A stretch of DNA of 64,000 nucleotides from Candidatus Gottesmanbacteria bacterium RIFCSPLOWO2_01_FULL_43_11b (lineage in GTDB: Bacteria > Patescibacteriota > Microgenomatia > UBA10105 > UBA927), in NCBI GenBank assembly GCA_001780985.1, contig MFJV01000001.1, forward strand, positions 37,466 to 101,465, given 5' to 3'. Each line of letters begins with the position of its first letter. The first letter of the stretch is position 1. The notes beneath the pieces were generated by a model. That model had not been told where the DNA came from, searched no databases, and saw only the letters and a list, made by a program, of their open reading frames with translations. Shown here piece after piece: positions 62,183-64,000 of the stretch. The position numbers and the translations under genes were made by a program.

Positions 62183-63901
62183 TTAGTCCTGGGCAACTCT
62201 CAATACTTCCTCAAGTGTTGTCACTGCCTCAAGTACTTTGAGATACCCATCCTGTTTCATTGTAATCATGCCCTCTGAAACTGCTTTATCTTCAATATCT
62301 TTCATGGGGGTTCTCGTTAAAATGAGCTTACTTATCGCATCTGTCACAGGAAACACTTCAAATATACCGACTCTTCCATGATAGCCTGTTTTTGAACAAT
62401 TGGAACAATCAGCTCCATTCATTGTTCCTTTTCCTCGATAGAGTTTCATTGAAGATCCTTGGGGGAGTAAATTGCCTAAAACTTTCTTTACATCCTCAGA
62501 AACTGCTGCCTCGGGTTCATATTCTTCTTTACAGACACTACAAATTCTCCGCGCAATCCGTTGCCCGACAACAGCATTGAGCGCACTTGCGACCAAAAAC
62601 GGTTCTGCGCCTAAATCCAAAAGGCGGGGGATGGCCCCAGCTGCATTATTCGTGTGAAGTGTAGAAAATACTAAGTGGCCGGTTAATGCTGCCTGAATTG
62701 CAAGATCGGTCGTTTCTTTATCACGAATCTCTCCAACCAAAATTATATTAGGGTCTTGTCGTAAAAAACTACGCAGTCCCGTTGCAAAGGTAAGTCCTGC
62801 GGTCGGATTAATTTGCACCTGATTAATACCTGCAATTTGGTACTCAACAGGATCTTCGAGGGTGAGAATATTCACTCTGGAATTATTGAGCTTAGATAGC
62901 ACTGCGTAGAGTGTCGTCGTTTTTCCACTTCCCGTTGGCCCGGTTACTAAGATAATACCGTGGGGTCTCGTTATTGATGTTTCAAGATGTTTAAGTGCCA
63001 GTCCCCGAAGTCCTAACTCATTCATGGTGGGAACCCCACCGGATTTTTTGAGGAGCCGCATCACAATTTTTTCTCCGTGTACGGTCGGAAGTGACGAAAC
63101 ACGGAGGTCAACTTCGTTTTCTCCCATTTTAAAATTAAACCGTCCGTCTTGTGGAATTCTTTTCTCATCAATTTTCATGTCTGCTAAAATTTTAATACGC
63201 GAAATAACCGCCTCTTGAAGTCTCCGGGGTAGTGCAAGCCGCTCTTCTAAAATTCCGTCAACACGGTAGCGAACTCGTGTATCACCTAGTTGCGGTTCAA
63301 CGTGCACATCTGATGCACGAAGTCTTATTGCTTGTTCTAAAATTGCAGATACTATTTGCGCAATCGGCGCTTCACGAATAACCTCTCCAAGTTTTCCTGC
63401 CTCATATGTTTTTATCTCCTCCGGAGCTTCTTTGAGTGCTGCGGTCACATCTGCACCCATCTCTTGTGTGTAGATATCCTCAATTGTTGCGAGAATATCA
63501 TCTTTCATTGCCATGAATGGCTTAATTGTTTTTCCGGATTTTTTCTCAAGAAATTCAAGTACCTGAAAGTCAAGTGGGTCGAGCATGGCAACGGATAATT
63601 CGTTTGTTTTTTCGTCGTAGAGGAATGGAGCTAATGTATACCGTCTACTCACAGGTTCCGGAATAAAATTTACAACGTCCGGAGAAATTGAACGCACGCC
63701 GAGAGTGACAAAGGGAATGTTGAGAGTTTTTGCCCGGGCTTTTGTGACATCAATCTCAGTTACTAACCGTTTTCTTGTTATCAGTTCTTCAATGGAAGTT
63801 CCGGTTGAAAGGGATTGGGTATTGAGCTCTTCTGCTTGCTTTGGTGTTAACTTTTTATCAGCAACAAGCGCTTCTAATAATTGTTGGGCAGCAATGGCCA
63901 T
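62183..63901 (-). CDS. pilB: Type IV pilus extension ATPase PilB (GspE family) with N-terminal GSPII_E_N domain and a tetracysteine zinc motif
   Basis: GPTGSGKTTTLYA Walker A. CSVCKEEY...CSNCSKTG. Confidence 0.85.
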   Translation of the reverse strand: MAIAAQQLLEALVADKKLTPKQAEELNTQSLSTGTSIEELITRKRLVTEIDVTKARAKTLNIPFVTLGVRSISPDVVNFIPEPVSRRYTLAPFLYDEKTNELSVAMLDPLDFQVLEFLEKKSGKTIKPFMAMKDDILATIEDIYTQEMGADVTAALKEAPEEIKTYEAGKLGEVIREAPIAQIVSAILEQAIRLRASDVHVEPQLGDTRVRYRVDGILEERLALPRRLQEAVISRIKILADMKIDEKRIPQDGRFNFKMGENEVDLRVSSLPTVHGEKIVMRLLKKSGGVPTMNELGLRGLALKHLETSITRPHGIILVTGPTGSGKTTTLYAVLSKLNNSRVNILTLEDPVEYQIAGINQVQINPTAGLTFATGLRSFLRQDPNIILVGEIRDKETTDLAIQAALTGHLVFSTLHTNNAAGAIPRLLDLGAEPFLVASALNAVVGQRIARRICSVCKEEYEPEAAVSEDVKKVLGNLLPQGSSMKLYRGKGTMNGADCSNCSKTGYHGRVGIFEVFPVTDAISKLILTRTPMKDIEDKAVSEGMITMKQDGYLKVLEAVTTLEEVLRVAQD

Positions 63902-64000
63902 ATATTCATTATTGTTACTTTCGTACTATAATGCAAGCGTACAATGCACACATTTCTCTACGTCGGAGCAACGAAGGAAAAAAGGAAAAGGGTAATTGAG

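Overview
This 64 kb window looks like a chromosomal segment from a small-genome, Gram-positive-like bacterium, possibly a CPR/Patescibacteria lineage. That placement is an inference from gene content: a trimmed ThrRS, PheT and trigger factor, a type IV pilus locus with no secretin, sortases, and many leaderless genes. Standard genetic code; TGA is used as a stop. About 73 CDS are supportable on both strands. Housekeeping operons: thrS-infC-rpmI-rplT, pheST, coaBC followed by a GHMP kinase, a class A PBP, tyrS behind an Asp/Glu-racemase-family gene, recG, and rpmF-nusB-rnc-rpsP-KH-trmD. Six tRNAs: His (with G-1), Arg, Lys, Leu, Val. Accessory content: a HicAB toxin-antitoxin pair; two small GIY-YIG genes that both abut tRNA genes; a VIT-family iron transporter; a secreted metzincin; and a glycoside hydrolase with a dockerin-like tail. 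A 13 kb cell-surface island holds one 1840-aa LPXTG protein, four paralogous secreted repeat proteins and two sortases. A type IV pilus cluster (pilMNO, six prepilin-type genes, pilD, pilC, pilT, pilB) has a YfhO-family and a DUF2723 membrane glycosyltransferase-like gene embedded between the pilins. The most unusual signals are: (i) an 18-19 bp palindromic element (GGAAGGTTCGCAT[A/C]CTTCC) in at least 9 copies flanking and inside an IS200-like/REP-associated tyrosine transposase (RAYT), with several copies inserted in-frame in genes including pheT; (ii) a second palindromic family (GTCATTCCGGnCnTGAnCCGGAATCC), one copy of which is an inverted pair inserted in-frame in pheS; (iii) an FMN-riboswitch-like leader ahead of an EamA/DMT transporter; (iv) T-box-like leaders, one followed directly by a 70-nt tRNA-like element. 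No CRISPR array or rRNA was seen.
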